A DNA stretch of 64,000 nucleotides, from assembly GCA_964016885.1 (NCBI GenBank), contig OZ024760.1, positions 31,372,001 to 31,436,000 of the forward strand, read 5' to 3'. Below are positions 1 through 13,239 of the stretch, piece by piece (positions within the stretch are counted from its first letter, which is position 1; each line of letters opens with the position of its first letter). Origin of the DNA: Eledone cirrhosa (lineage: Eukaryota). The notes below the pieces were generated by a model, which was given only the letters and a program-made list of their open reading frames with translations, made no database searches and had not been told where the DNA came from. Both the position numbers and the translations under genes were made by a program.

Positions 1-687
1 GAGAGAGAAAAAGAAAACCTGGAGAAATACCGAAGAGAGAGAGAGAAATGTATGTAGAAAAGAAAGATATAAATAGATAGGAGGAAATAAAAGAAAAAAG
101 GAATAAATAAGAAAAACAAAAGAAAGCAACAGAGAGATAATAATTCATCATACAGATAGAAAACTCAAGAGAGAGGAAAAACTATATAGAGAGAGGGGGA
201 TATAGTGACAACTTTACGTCATGTCATATTAAGTTGAGTTAACAATTCATATGAAATGAATAATAAAAATATAAATATCAATATTCATGAATGGGACATA
301 GATATATAATATGAGAAAATAACATTGTTCAATAATGACCATATGTTTAGTGTAAAACCTTGAGGTCAATATACCAAAATCTGAGTTAAAACCTTCAAAA
401 AATACCCTATTTATAAAAATACGGATACAAATATGTATATATATATACACACATATGTATGTCCTGAAAAAAGAAATTATGTCTCCAGGTTTTCTTTTTC
501 TCTCTCTCCTTCTTTTTCTCTCCTTCTCTCTCTCCGTTTTTTCTTTCTCTCCGTCTTTTTCTAACTGTGCTTAACACTATAACTAATAAAATAATTATAA
601 ACATCTCACTATCCAGACAGCTTCCAAAAATAATGGTTGCATCTAATAGGGTACGTCAAAATTATTTATAAAACTGTTTATATATTG

Positions 688-752
688 TATTTTGTCTGAT
701 GAAGGCATACCATATTTTAATTTAGTATCCCTGAAATATGTATAATGAAATA
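688..752 (+). ncRNA. Minimal type I hammerhead ribozyme motif
   Basis: TATTTTGT-CTGATGA-AGGCATAC..GTATCCCT-GAAA-TATGTA-TA^-ATGAAATA; stem I pairs with 2 G-U, stem II with one mismatch. Confidence 0.7.
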
Positions 753-849
753 AATATGGTTTTATAAATATAGTTTCCATTTATTTAATATCGTATATAT
801 ATATATATATTTATATGTGTGTGTATACATATATATGTATATATATATG

Positions 850-903
<54 letters not shown>

Positions 904-913
904 GATATATATG

Positions 914-988
<75 letters not shown>

Positions 989-989
<1 letters not shown>

Positions 990-1170
990 ACGAAGGAAAT
1001 GTGGTAAGGAACCAGGTGGACCATAACGCACCAAAGTACTCAATACTTGGGGTAGTAGAGTGGGTAATAGGAACCAGTAAGACCCCGACGGCTGAGCTCA
1101 AGCCGTTTCGACGTCGAATTAGCCGTCGAAACGGCTTGAGCTCAGCTGTCGGGGTCTTACTGGTTCCTAT
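989..1170 (-). mobile_element. Short fold-back element in (TA)n (hairpin 1067-1170 plus one-sided tail)
   Basis: Inverted arms of about 47 bp; a second copy lies in the opposite orientation at 9578-9763. Confidence 0.7.
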
Positions 1171-1222
1171 ATATATATATATATAATATAAGATCAAAAG
1201 ATGGTTAAAGGAGTTCAATATA

Positions 1223-1289
1223 TTTTATTATGCGCATTTCAAAAACAAACATCATCAAACAATAATATTTGTATTTTCATCAGATAAAA
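1223..1289 (-). ncRNA. Hammerhead ribozyme motif, left arm
   Basis: Reverse complement of the motif at 1912-1978. Confidence 0.78.
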
Positions 1290-1911
1290 CAGGAGAACAT
1301 GATATGTAGGCTAAAAAAACACTTGTTGATAGTGCAGTTTTAAATCAACATATGAAAAGTGGTTTTAGATTGATGTGTGATATTGGGAAAAATATTTTAT
1401 TTAGAGAGGGGGGGAGAGAAAAGGATGAAAAGGGAAGGAGATGAGAGGGAGAGATGGGTGATAGAGAGAAAGAGATAGTTTTTATAACAGAGAGGAGATA
1501 TATTTTATATAGAGGGGTTGAAAACCGTTGGAAGATACTGTATAAATTAAAAATTTTGAAAATTAACGAAGGGAGGATATGTGCGAGGAAAAAAAATATA
1601 TTATATTTTTTTCCTCGCACATATCCTCCCTTCGTTAATTTTCAAAATTTTTAATTTATACAGTATCTTCCAACGGTTTTCAACCCCTCTATATAAAATA
1701 TATCTCCTCTCTGTTATAAAAACTATCTCTTTCTCTCTATCACCCATCTCTCCCTCTCATCTCCTTCCCTTTTCATCCTTTTCTCTCCCCCCCTCTCTAA
1801 ATAAAATATTTTTCCCAATATCACACATCAATCTAAAACCACTTTTCATATGTTGATTTAAAACTGCACTATCAACAAGTGTTTTTTTAGCCTACATATC
1901 ATGTTCTCCTG

Positions 1912-1978
1912 TTTTATCTGATGAAAACACAAATATTATTGTTTGATGATGTTTGTTTTTGAAATGCGCATAATAAAA
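1912..1978 (+). ncRNA. Minimal type I hammerhead ribozyme motif
   Basis: TTTTAT-CTGATGA-stem II-GAAA-TGCGCA (palindromic)-TA^-ATAAAA; stem I is perfectly paired. Confidence 0.8.
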
Positions 1979-2287
1979 TATATTGAACTCCTTTAACCAT
2001 CTTTTGATCTTATATTATGCATACTCCAGTCCCACAAACTGTAGAGTGCTTCTTATCCGATATCTGCATTGCTTTATTGTACTACAATAAAACTCACCTC
2101 CTACATATATATATATATATATATATTTATATGTGTGTGTATTTGTATACCTATGGCGAGTGTTTTCAGGTATGCTTGTGTAAGTACGTATATGGATGCG
2201 TGTATGTATTTATTTAATTTCAATTGCCTCTGTATTTTATTTACTTTATTCTTAACTCTGAAGCCGAGAATCATTCGGTTTCCTAGT

Positions 2288-2570
2288 TAGAATTTTAGTC
2301 TACGACTTCAGTTATACCATTTACGTCGTTTTGTCTTTGCGTGCAATTGTTCTCCCCGCTCCACATATGACGTATCATCTTTGTCTTTTACGTTCATTGC
2401 CAGAGAACGTCTCTATGAACCAACTAATAGAATATTAGTCTACGACTTCTTTTATGCCATAAACGTGGTTTTGTCTTTGCGTGTAATTGTTTTTCACCGC
2501 TCCAAATAATGACGTATTATATTCGTTTCTTTCCCGTTCTTTGCCAGGGAACGTTTCCATGAACCAAAAT
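2288..2570 (+). repeat. Diverged tandem duplication, about 140 bp x 2
   Basis: agaat.ttagtctacgactt...gttttgtctttgcgtg.aattgtt...gaacgt.t..atgaaccaa occurs twice. Confidence 0.7.
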
Positions 2571-2711
2571 ATTGTCTTCCTGTCTTCCTCCGGTTGTAAC
2601 GTTTTTTGAAATATTCACTTCTGCGTTCACAGGTTGACTTTGTTAGTTTCAGAAGATCACGTTAAGAGTGAAAGCAGCGATTCTTTGCTTAAACTTTAAT
2701 CTGTTATTTTA

Positions 2712-2790
<79 letters not shown>

Positions 2791-2814
2791 GATATCTACT
2801 TTTTCTTCAACCAG

Positions 2815-3063
2815 GATCCCTCGAAGCGATAAACAACTGCCTTACAAACCATAATATTAAAACACTCAATGGTAGAAATGAGACCTTGTTGCACACCTTG
2901 GTGGCCAGTGAGGTGGATGATGTTTGCTTTTACATCAAAGTTATGAAGCTGCTATTAGATACAGGTATAAGAAGATCAGCAAAGGACTGTGAAGGACGGA
3001 GGGCTGCTGACCTGGTGACCATTTTTGATATAGCCGGCGCCCTTCTCAAAGTGGACAAAATCG
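2815..3063 (+). CDS. TRANK1-like gene, internal exon (ankyrin-repeat-like)
   Basis: Acceptor ttcttcaaccAG, donor G/GTAAGA, phase 1-1. Translation SLEAINNCL...[11 protein letters not shown]...[25 protein letters not shown] resembles ankyrin repeats. Confidence 0.7.
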
Positions 3064-3069
3064 GTAAGA

Positions 3070-3626
<557 letters not shown>

Positions 3627-3628
<2 letters not shown>

Positions 3629-3970
3629 ATCACAGAAAAAAAGAGAATCAGTGTTGTGACAAATGGAATTTATTGGACATATTACAATCGTTTCTCTGGC
3701 AACCAGCTCGAGGCACGATTGATGTGATGATCGAACCAGACTCTGAAAATCGCTAGGTCCTCAGATACATCTTGATTCTACGAAGCAGATTTTCCTAATT
3801 AGGTAGATCTGCTTCATAGAATCAAGACGTATCTGAGGACCTTGCGATTTTCAGAGTCTGGTTCGATCATCACATCAATCGTGCCTCGAGCTGGTCGCCA
3901 GAGAAACGATTGTAATATGTCCAATAAATTCCATTTGTCACAACACTGATTCTCTTTTTTCCTGTGATAT
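3627..3970. repeat. Palindrome of about 344 bp (fold-back element) with tail at 3971-4026
   Basis: atatcacagaaa...cctaattagg...ctgtgatat; arms of about 165 bp with few mismatches. Confidence 0.9.
3826..3921 (+). ncRNA. Type I hammerhead motif with extended stem II (mirror copy at 3676-3771, - strand)
   Basis: GACGTAT-CTGAGGA-about 63 nt-GAAA-CGATTG-TA^-ATATGTC; 7-bp stem I. Confidence 0.68.
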
Positions 3971-4095
3971 CATACTCTGCTCTATGAGGGCATTCAGTGC
4001 TCATACGGCCTACTGCTTACGGACGCTTTAACCCTTTAGCATTCGCATTAATTTTCAAACGTCATGTTTATCTACTCGCATTATTTTCAGTTAAT

Positions 4096-4279
4096 GGTGG
4101 TGAATTGGCAGTATCGGTAGAGGGTTGGACGCCATGCTTTCTAGCATAGTTACGTCCCTTTACAGTCTAAGTTCAAATCCCGCCGAGGTTAACTTTGCCT
4201 TTCATCCTTACGGGGTCGATAAAATAAGGTACCAGTAATGTACTGGGTAATTGCTGGCCTTGTGCCTAAAGTAGAAACA
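4096..4279 (+). mobile_element. tRNA-derived SINE with 16-bp TSD, nested in a truncated TTAA-MITE that begins at 4032
   Basis: B box GTTCAAATCC, gcctttcatcct...ggggtcgataaa core; TSD attattttcagttaat at 4080-4095 and 4280-4295. Confidence 0.8.
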
Positions 4280-4439
4280 ATTATTTTCAGTTAATCATAC
4301 TCAAGAGGGTTATCAATTGTTTGTAATTTTCTTAATTTTCTATGTGCAGACTTGAAATTTTGTCAGATGTTTAAATATCAATAATTTACAATTATATAAT
4401 TTTACCTGATTTTTTTGGTCAAATTTGACTTTTATGGGC

Positions 4440-5060
4440 AGGTGAAATTAATTAATAGGGGCATTTGAAGTATCAACCAGATGCAAATACGGGTTTAATT
4501 TTAAATACATTGTTGTCGGCATAATACTTGATATATAAGGATCACTAAACCTTATATCAGTGTTCCAGTAATTCCACAGTCTTGGAAATTGTTTTATACC
4601 GAACATAATATTTACAGTAAAAAATGCTTGCATTTCCGCAGCATCTGTCGGTCGCCAAACAGATCGGGTTTACCTCGATTTGAAATCTGTTGTTGGGTAT
4701 ATCGATTAATCTTTCTGCCACAACTTCGAAGAAAGTTTGTGGTAAAAACAAAAAGAAATAATCCAGTGCTTTAGCATTGGGATCTAATGTGTGTTGTGGA
4801 CCAGTATTTTGAATAAAATCGGGAACATATATTAGTGTGGTATTTTTCAACCACATTGCTGTAATATTTTCAATCGCGTCCTGGAGATCTCCTTCAGTTT
4901 CACTTTCAAAACAATCATCGTCAGACGAAATTTCAGAAATATAAACATCAGATTCATTTGAAGATAAATCACTAATATTATCGTTTGTTTCTTGTTTATT
5001 CTGAATGTCGTCGTGTGTAAAAACTTCAAAGTCGGTATCGTTACTTTCATAAGCTATGTT
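4440..5060 (-). pseudogene. piggyBac-type transposase remnant
   Basis: Acidic N-terminus, ALDYFFLFLPQTFFEVVAE, MFGIKQFPRLWNYWNTD...YLHLVD in shifted frames. Confidence 0.7.
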
Positions 5061-5306
5061 GATACAAAAAAAAAATTTGTTGTATTTGAAAGTTAAAAAA
5101 ATACTTGTTGTTTTAAGTTGTTTCACTATATTAAGTGTTAACTTTCACAGTAAGGGCCTAATCTCGCAGCAGTCTCGAATTGATGAGATTTTGATGATGG
5201 TTTGTTTATTTTTAGAACGATTTTTTAGTGTGGGTGTTATCGGGTGATTTCAGGTGGTTTGAACAAATGAAGGGAAATAATTTTGATCGATTTCAGGTGG
5301 TTTAAA

Positions 5307-5343
<37 letters not shown>

Positions 5344-5381
5344 GATGCATACACATATACATACATACACACACACACACG

Positions 5382-5413
<32 letters not shown>

Positions 5414-5444
5414 CATATATACATACAAATATATATATATTTAT

Positions 5445-5620
5445 ATCATCATCATCATCATCATTTCATTTTACGTCCGCTTTTTCCCTGCTTGCAAGGG
5501 TGGGACGGGAACTGATTCTGGCTTGATTTCTACAGCTGGATGCCCTTCCTAACACCAACCTCATTTACAGTGAGTGCTGGGTGCTTTTTTGCCATGGCAC
5601 CTACACGACCACTTTGCAGT
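5445..5620 (-). mobile_element. RTE LINE 3' end fragment
   Basis: Matches the 3' UTR at 12255-12375 in reverse; (GAT)n tail. Confidence 0.7.
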
Positions 5621-5669
5621 GGAATGATAGGGACCCCAGTCTCTATCATCTCATTTCTACAGCTGGGTA

Positions 5670-5780
5670 AACTGGAGCAATGTGAAATAAAGTGTCTTGC
5701 TCAAGGAAACAACACATCACCCGGTCTGAGAATTGAACTCACAACCCTTCGATTACAAGGCCAATGCTCTAACCACTAAC

Positions 5781-5783
<3 letters not shown>
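5670..5783 (-). mobile_element. tRNA-derived SINE fragment
   Basis: Same family as 9455-9575 and 33635-33900 (cttgagcaagacact core, A/B boxes). Confidence 0.65.
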
Positions 5784-5820
<37 letters not shown>

Positions 5821-6137
5821 TACATATATATGCATACATACATATATACACACACACACACACATATATATATATCATCATCATCATCATTTTACGTCTG
5901 CTTTTCCCATACATACATATACATTCACACACACACACACACATACACTCACATACATACATGCACTCACACACATACACTCTCACACACAGACACACAC
6001 GCAAACATGCACTCACACTCTCACACATACATGCACACATACACACACACACTCACAGACACACACAGACATACACCAACAAACCACTAAATATGTATAA
6101 GACTAAAATGCAAACTCCATCCCCTTATCTTCTGTAG

Positions 6138-6394
6138 CTGACTGCGAGGATGTAAACCATGTGATGACCCAGATTGAGAAACTCCAGCTAAATCCCAGTG
6201 TTGATAAGGAACTCCTAGTTTCATACTGTACCATTGGTAGGGCCCTGCTTTTACAAACGACCTGCAAACTGCTGAATTGTAAGAAACTTGTCAAGATTTC
6301 TACAATACGTGCACAGTTAGGTTTCCAGCTTGGATTTCCACAAACTGCAGAAAATGATTTGACAACAGCGAGAAATTATTGTCTCTCATTGAAG
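6138..6394 (+). CDS. TRANK1-like gene, internal exon
   Basis: Acceptor cttctgtAG; open frame (A)DCEDVNHVMTQIEKLQ...YCLSLK; phase-compatible with previous exon; donor AAG/GTTGGC is weaker. Confidence 0.55.
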
Positions 6395-6460
6395 GTTGGC
6401 ACAAGTTTGTTTATTTCAATTTTTATTTAGTCGGATTGGGCAGGCTGTTTTTATCTGTTT

Positions 6461-7664
6461 GGTGGACATGGTGATAGAAGTCAGTGGTAGCCATGGTGAT
6501 AGAGGTTGTGTGGTGGACATGGTGATAGAGGTTGTGTGGTGGACATGGTGATAGAGGTGACGTGGTGGACATGGTGATAGAGGTTGTGTGGTGGACATGG
6601 TGATAGAGGTGATGTGGTGGACATGGTGATAGAGGTCAGTGGTAGCCATGGTGATAGAGGTTGTGTGGTGGACATGGTGATAGAGGTTGTGTGGTGGACA
6701 TGGTGATAGAGGTTGTGTGGTGGACATGGTGATAGAGGTGATGTGGTGGACATGTTGATAGAGGTCAGTGGTAGCCATGGTGATAGAGGTTGTGTGGTGG
6801 ACATGGTGATAGAGGTTGTGTGGTGGACATGGTGATAGAGGTGATGTGGTGGACATGTTGATAGAGGTCAGTGGTAGCCATGGTGATAGAGGTTGTGTGG
6901 TGGACATGGTGATAGAGGCGACGTGGTGGACATGGTGATAGAGGTCAGTGGTAGCCATGGTGATAGAGGTTGTGTGGTGGACATAGTGAGAAGGTCAGTG
7001 GTAGCCATGGTGATAGAGGTCAGTGGTAGCCATGGTGATAGAAGTGATGTGGTGGACATGTTGATAGAGGTCAGTGGTAGCCATGGTGATAGAGGTCAGT
7101 GGTAGCCATGGTGATAGAGGTTGTGTGGTGGACATAGTGAGAAGGTCAGTGGTAGCCATGGTGATAGAGGTCAGTGGTAGCCATGGTGATAGAGGTCAGT
7201 AGTAGCCATGGCGATAGAGGTCAGTGGTGGACATAGTGATAGAGGTCGTGTGGTAGCCATGGTGATAGAGGTTGTGTGGTGGACATGGTGATAGAGGTGA
7301 CGTGGTGGACATGGTGATAGAGGTCAGTGGTAGCCATGGTGATAGAGGTTGTGTGGTGGACATAGTGAGAAGGTCAGTGGTAGCCATGGTGATAGAGGTC
7401 AGTGGTAGCCATGGTGATAGAAGTGATGTGGTGGACATGTTGATAGAGGTCAGTGGTAGCCATGGTGATAGAGGTCAGTGATAGCCATGGTGATAGAGGT
7501 CAGTGGTGGACATAGTAAGAAGGTCAGTGGTAGCCATGGTGATAGAGGTCAGTGGTAGCCATGGTGATAGAGGTCAGTAGTAGCCATGGCGATAGAGGTC
7601 AGTGGTGGACATAGTGATAGAGGTCGTGTGGTAGCCATGGTGATAGAGGTCAGTGGTGGACATG
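6461..7664 (+). repeat. 25-26 bp minisatellite (CATGGTGATAGAGGT + CAGTGGTAGC / TGTGTGGTGGA variants)
   Basis: Direct inspection; interspersed variant units. Confidence 0.95.
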
Positions 7665-8141
7665 TCGAAACTATGTCCCAACCCTCCCATCAAATCACTG
7701 ACCTCCAATAATAACTGGTATGAGGATGATGGACTTCATCAGGCCACAGCTGTTGTATTATTTCTATTTTGATAATCTGCAGTGACTACAACTCCATTGT
7801 ATATATATGTGTGTGTATGAGGGTGTGTGTGTGTGTGTGTGTGTGTGAGAGTGTGTATGTGTGAGGGCGTGTATGTGTGTGTGTGTCTGTGAGTGTGTAT
7901 GTGTATGAGGGTGTGTGTGTGTGAGGGTGTGTATGTGTGTGTGAGTGTATATGTCTATGAGGGTGTGTATGTGTGAGTATATGTGTGTGAGGGTGTGTAT
8001 GTGTGTGAGAGTGTGTATGTGTGAGGGTGTGTGTGTGTGTGTGTATGTGTAAGTGTAAGTGTAAAGGTGTTGTTGTTACTATAGTAACATCTTGTCCAAT
8101 CTTCCAACCCTATTTTAACTCATCTTGTCTCTTTCCTACAG

Positions 8142-8159
8142 GAATCTTCTGCCAAACAA
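8142..8159 (+). CDS. 18-nt microexon (ESSAKQ) of TRANK1-like gene
   Basis: Polypyrimidine tract + ttcctacAG acceptor, perfect GTAAGT donor, phase 0-0 matching both neighbours. Confidence 0.5.
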
Positions 8160-8231
8160 GTAAGTTCAAAGTTATTGTCATTTTTTTTTCAACCTGGCAA
8201 TACCAAACAATTCTATCAGCTGCCGCTAACT

Positions 8232-8368
<137 letters not shown>

Positions 8369-8406
8369 CATATATGTATATACATATATGTATATACATA
8401 TATGTA

Positions 8407-8437
<31 letters not shown>

Positions 8438-8445
8438 GTATATAC

Positions 8446-8597
<152 letters not shown>

Positions 8598-9208
8598 CTG
8601 ATGGTAGCTAAGATGCTTCCATAGGCAGTATGCCGGTTGAGCACTCTATGCTCTTACAGAGCAGAGTATGATATAAATAAAATGAAAAATCAGTGATGCA
8701 TCTGAACTCAATTTATTATTTCGTCGGCGGACAGCTCGAGACACGATCATTGTGTGGATCTGTCTGACTGTAGACCTACGGGCTCGTCGGACACTTCCAA
8801 TGCTTTTGGAGCAAATTCTTTCACTGGGGTGTTAGTGTCAAAAACATCCTCTTGGCGTGTCCCGTTATTGGCTGCTTTTCTACGTCATCGTAAATCTGAC
8901 CAACAGATGTCAATGCGACTAACCATTCTGCCACACTTCGATGAGTTACTACTGGGTTTGGTAGTTTACACGTCGACGCGCACACCACAGACACATATAT
9001 ACACACACATGCACACACACACACAATCCCATAGAGAACAACATCCGTACGCATAGACTCCTGCCACACACACACTTAGGGAGAACAAAGAAAAAAAACC
9101 ATAGACACACACATACACAGGCGCCTGCCTACATGCCCATATACACAGATACAGATACAGACTCGCTCACAAACACACACATATATATATATACACATAT
9201 ATACATAA

Positions 9209-9350
<142 letters not shown>

Positions 9351-9454
9351 ATCTTAAGGAACGATCGACTTTCGTCAAATCGGACCGAGGGAACAATGTT
9401 TCCGTTGGTCTTTCCGATTGCTAATACTATCTATCGGTCGCAACTCCAGGTAGA

Positions 9455-9575
9455 AGGAGCAACGTGAAATAAAGTGTCTTGCTCAAGGACATAACGCATC
9501 ACCTGGTCCAGGAATCGAACTCACAACCTCTTACGATTGAGAATCCAATTCTCTAACCACTCAGCCACACGCCTT
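9455..9575 (-). mobile_element. tRNA-derived SINE 5' portion
   Basis: A box TGGCTGAGTGG and B box GTTCGATTCC on the minus strand. Confidence 0.75.
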
Positions 9576-9577
9576 AT

Positions 9578-9763
9578 ATAAGAACGAGTAGGACCCCGAT
9601 GGCTGAGCTCAAGCCATTTCGACGGCTAATTCTGGACTAAATGAAATGGCTTGAGCTCAGCCGTCGGGGTCCTACTCGTTCCTATTACCCACTCTACTAC
9701 CCTAAGTATTGAGTACTTTGGTGCGTTATGGTCCACCTGGTTCCTTATCACATTTCCTTCGTT
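9578..9763 (+). mobile_element. Short fold-back element (second copy of 989-1170)
   Basis: Hairpin 9578-9685 plus tail, flanked by TA tracts. Confidence 0.7.
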
Positions 9764-9784
9764 ATATATATATATATATACATA

Positions 9785-12390
9785 TAGGACATGACAGATG
9801 GACAGTTGTAAACACAAAAGCCTTCCCTAGTGAGGAATGTACCTCCCAACGTAGCTTAGTTGTCAGCGACCTCACGGTCAGAACTAGATGAACCTGGAAA
9901 CAGAGGCCAACCTGGAGAAGAAAGATCTGGAAGCTGAAAGAGCCCTCAGCCAGTAACAGATTTAAAGATATTTTACTCAACGCCTATGACAGTAAAGAAG
10001 AACAGATACAGACATTCAATGCACTGGGAGTTCCTAAAAAATAACTTACTAGAGGCGACGGACCAGATCTGTGGCTGGAGTAAGACCTCAAGCAGGAGGA
10101 GAGTGACTGGGTGGTGGAACAATAAGGTAGATGAGGCAGTTAAAGCCAAGAGACAGGCATGGAAAGAATGGAAGACGGGGGAAGCAGGGTACATTACATA
10201 GAGACCGAGAATGAAGCTAGGCGACAAGTATACTTAGCTAGGAGGGAAGCAGAGGATAGAAAATTCAAGCATGTTTTGCAACGTGAGGACCAGAAACAGG
10301 AGGTGTTCAAGATTGCGAGGCAGTGTGTCAGAGAGAATTGTGATGTCATTGGAGAGAAGTGTATCCGGAATGATAAAGGTGAGATTGCCCTCACAAGTGC
10401 TGAGAAGAAAGATGTATGGAAGAGCCATTATGATAGATTACTAAATGAGGAGAATGCATGGGAAGAAGAATCCCTACCCCAAGTAGACCCTATAGAGGGG
10501 CCAGAAGTACAAGTCAGCAGAAGCGTAGTAAGTAAGGCAACCGGTCCATCGGGTATAGCTGCTGAGATGCTGAAGGCATCTGGGTCTGTAGGTCACACTA
10601 TAACCACACGTATTGTTAACCAGGTAATACTAGAAGGTGTCATACCAAAAGATTGGTGCAGTAGCATCATTGTCAACTGCTACAAAGGTAAAGGTGATGC
10701 ACTAGATAGAGGAAACTATAGAGGTATAAAGCTGATGGACCAGGTCATGAAAGTAACAGAAAGAGTTATAGCACAGTTGATTAGGGACCTGGTGAAACTA
10801 GATGAGATGCAATTTGGGTTTGTACCAGTAAGAGGCACCACTGATGCCCTCTTCCTTGTGAGGCAGTTACAGGAAAAGTACCTAGCTAAAAGTAAGCTAC
10901 TCTACCTGGCATTCGTCGATCTCGAGAAAGCCTTTGACAGAGTTCCACGTGCTATAATCTGGTGGGCTCTTAGAAAACTAGATGAATGGCTTGTGAAAGC
11001 TGTACAAGCCATGTATAGAGGAGCAGTCAGCAAAGTTACGATTAGCAATAAGTATAGCGAGGAATTTAGCTTACAGGTTGGTGTCCACCAAGTCTCTGTT
11101 CTTAGCCCTCTCCTGTTCATCATAGTCCTGCAGGCAATAACGGAGGAGTTTAAGACCGGATGCCCATGGGAACTCCTGTATGCAGATTACCTCGCACTTA
11201 TAGCTGAATCTATGGTAGAACTAGAGAAGAAATTCCACACTTGGAAGCAGGGACTAGAAAGAAAGGGTCTCAAAGTCAACCTGACAAAGACTAAGGTCCT
11301 TGTAAGTAGACTAGAAAACAGAACCCAGATCCCCTCAGGGAAATGGCCTTGCTCAGTATGTAGGAAAGGTGTAGGTAGGAACTCCATTCTCTGCCCCAAA
11401 TGCAAACAATGGGTACACAAGAGATGTAGCAGGATCTCAGGAAGCTTAATTAAGAATGTAGGCTTCACATGTAGCAGCTGTGGTGGGACAGCAAGCAGCA
11501 AACAGCCACAGGAAACAAGTACCACCAATCTCTGGGAGGGCTCTGTAGAAACAGTAGACAGCTTCTGCTACCTAGGTTACCGAATTAGCAGCGGAGGTGG
11601 GTGTTCAGAAAGTACGATAACTAGAGTAAGAACGGGATGGAAGAAGTTCAGGGAACTACTGCCACTGCTAGCTGCAAAAGGCTTTTCCCTCAAAATGAAA
11701 GCCAGACTGTGTGATGCGTGTATACGAACAGCAATGTTACATGGTAGTGAGACCTGGGCGCTGAAGGTGGAAGACTTACGTAGATTAGAAAAAAACAAAG
11801 CCTGCATGCTCCGATGGATGTGTAATAGTAATATACGCGAACGGCAAAGCATAAATGAATTGAGAGAGACTGAGCATAAGAGGAATCAAATGCTGTGTGC
11901 AGGAGAGGCGGTTGCGTTGGTATGGACATGTGATGCGTATGAAGGATGACAGCTGAATAAAAAGGTGCAGAGCACTAGAAGTCATTGGAAACCGCGGAGT
12001 GGGGAGACCCAAGAAGTCTGGGATGAGGTGATAAAAGCCGACCTTACCCAATTACACCTCTCAAAGGTGATGACACATGACCGTGACCTCTGGCGTCACA
12101 CAGTAATACAAAGTACCCGACCTCCCATGGGTACAAGCTGAAGCATATAGACAATATGCCCCCACACTCTCCCACTGAAAAGTGGTTGTGGAGGTGCCAC
12201 GGCAAAAAAGCACCCAGCCCACTGTAAAGTGGACGTGTAGGCGTCACGGAAAAAAGCACCCAGCACTCACTGTAAATGAGGTTGGTGTTAGGAAGGGCAT
12301 CCAGCTGTAGAAATCAAGCCAGTATCAGTTCCCACCCCACCCTTGCAAGCAGGGAAAAGCGGACGTAAAATGAAATAAAATGAATGAATG
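9785..12390 (+). mobile_element. 5'-truncated RTE-clade LINE (RT + PHD-like Cys cluster), degenerate
   Basis: ORF 10159-11949: QFGFVP, FVDLEKAFDRVP, LYAD(Y), WPCSVC..CPKC..WVHKRC..CSSC; (TGAA)n tail. Confidence 0.9.
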
Positions 12391-13239
12391 ATTATATATA
12401 TATATATATATATATACGTATCTATATACACATATACACAAACACATATATAAACACACATATCTATACCTACATACACACATACATATATACACACCAA
12501 CAAGCCATTTCGTTACATTATGTGCTTGTACACATATATGTGTATGTTTGTGAGCGAGTCTGTATCTGTATCTGTATATGGGCATGTAGGCAGGCGCCTG
12601 TGTATGTGTGTGTCTATGGTTTTTTTTCTTTGTTCTCCCTAAGTGTGTGTGTGGCAGGAGTCTATGCGTACGGATGTTGTTCTCTATGGGATTGTGTGTG
12701 TGTGTGCATGTGTGTGTATATATGTGTCTGTGGTGTGCGCGTGGACGTGTAAACTACCAAACCCAGTAGTAACTCATCGAAGTGTGGCAGAATGGTTAGT
12801 CTCATTGACATCTGTTGGTCAGATTTACGATGACGTAGAAAAGCAGCCAATAACGGGACACGCCAAGAGGATGTTTTTGACACTAACACCCCAGTGAAAG
12901 AATTTGCTCCAAAAGCATTGGAAGTGTCCGACGAGCCCGTAGGTCTACAGTCAGACAGATCCACACAATGATCGTGTCTCGAGCTGTCCGCCGACGAAAT
13001 AATAAATTGAGTTCAGATGCATCACTGATTTTTCATTTTATTTATATGTATATATATATATATATTTAAAAAAAATTTTTGCTCTACATGGCTGAATACA
13101 ATAAATGTAATCTGAGTTTTTCGAATATTAATAACATTCGATTCGTTTGCAATTATGCAAACAAGCCTCATTTTTATAGCCATGTCAGTAGAATGAACTC
13201 TAATATGCAAATCAGGCTGATCAGTCACTGTATATTTTA

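Larger units (their letters stand above)
1183..2018. repeat. Near-perfect palindrome of about 836 bp (Penelope-like fold-back element)
   Basis: Arms mirror around about 1600 (mirror ORFs 1345-1620 and 1581-1856); almost no spacer. Confidence 0.92.

Noticed and set aside
6461-7664. CRISPR-like appearance of a constant 15-mer with variable ends
   Set aside because: The intervening parts are a few recurring variants rather than unique spacers; there are no cas genes and the context is eukaryotic.
9500-9575. tRNA gene
   Set aside because: The A/B boxes run into a SINE body present in several copies, and there is no proper cloverleaf.
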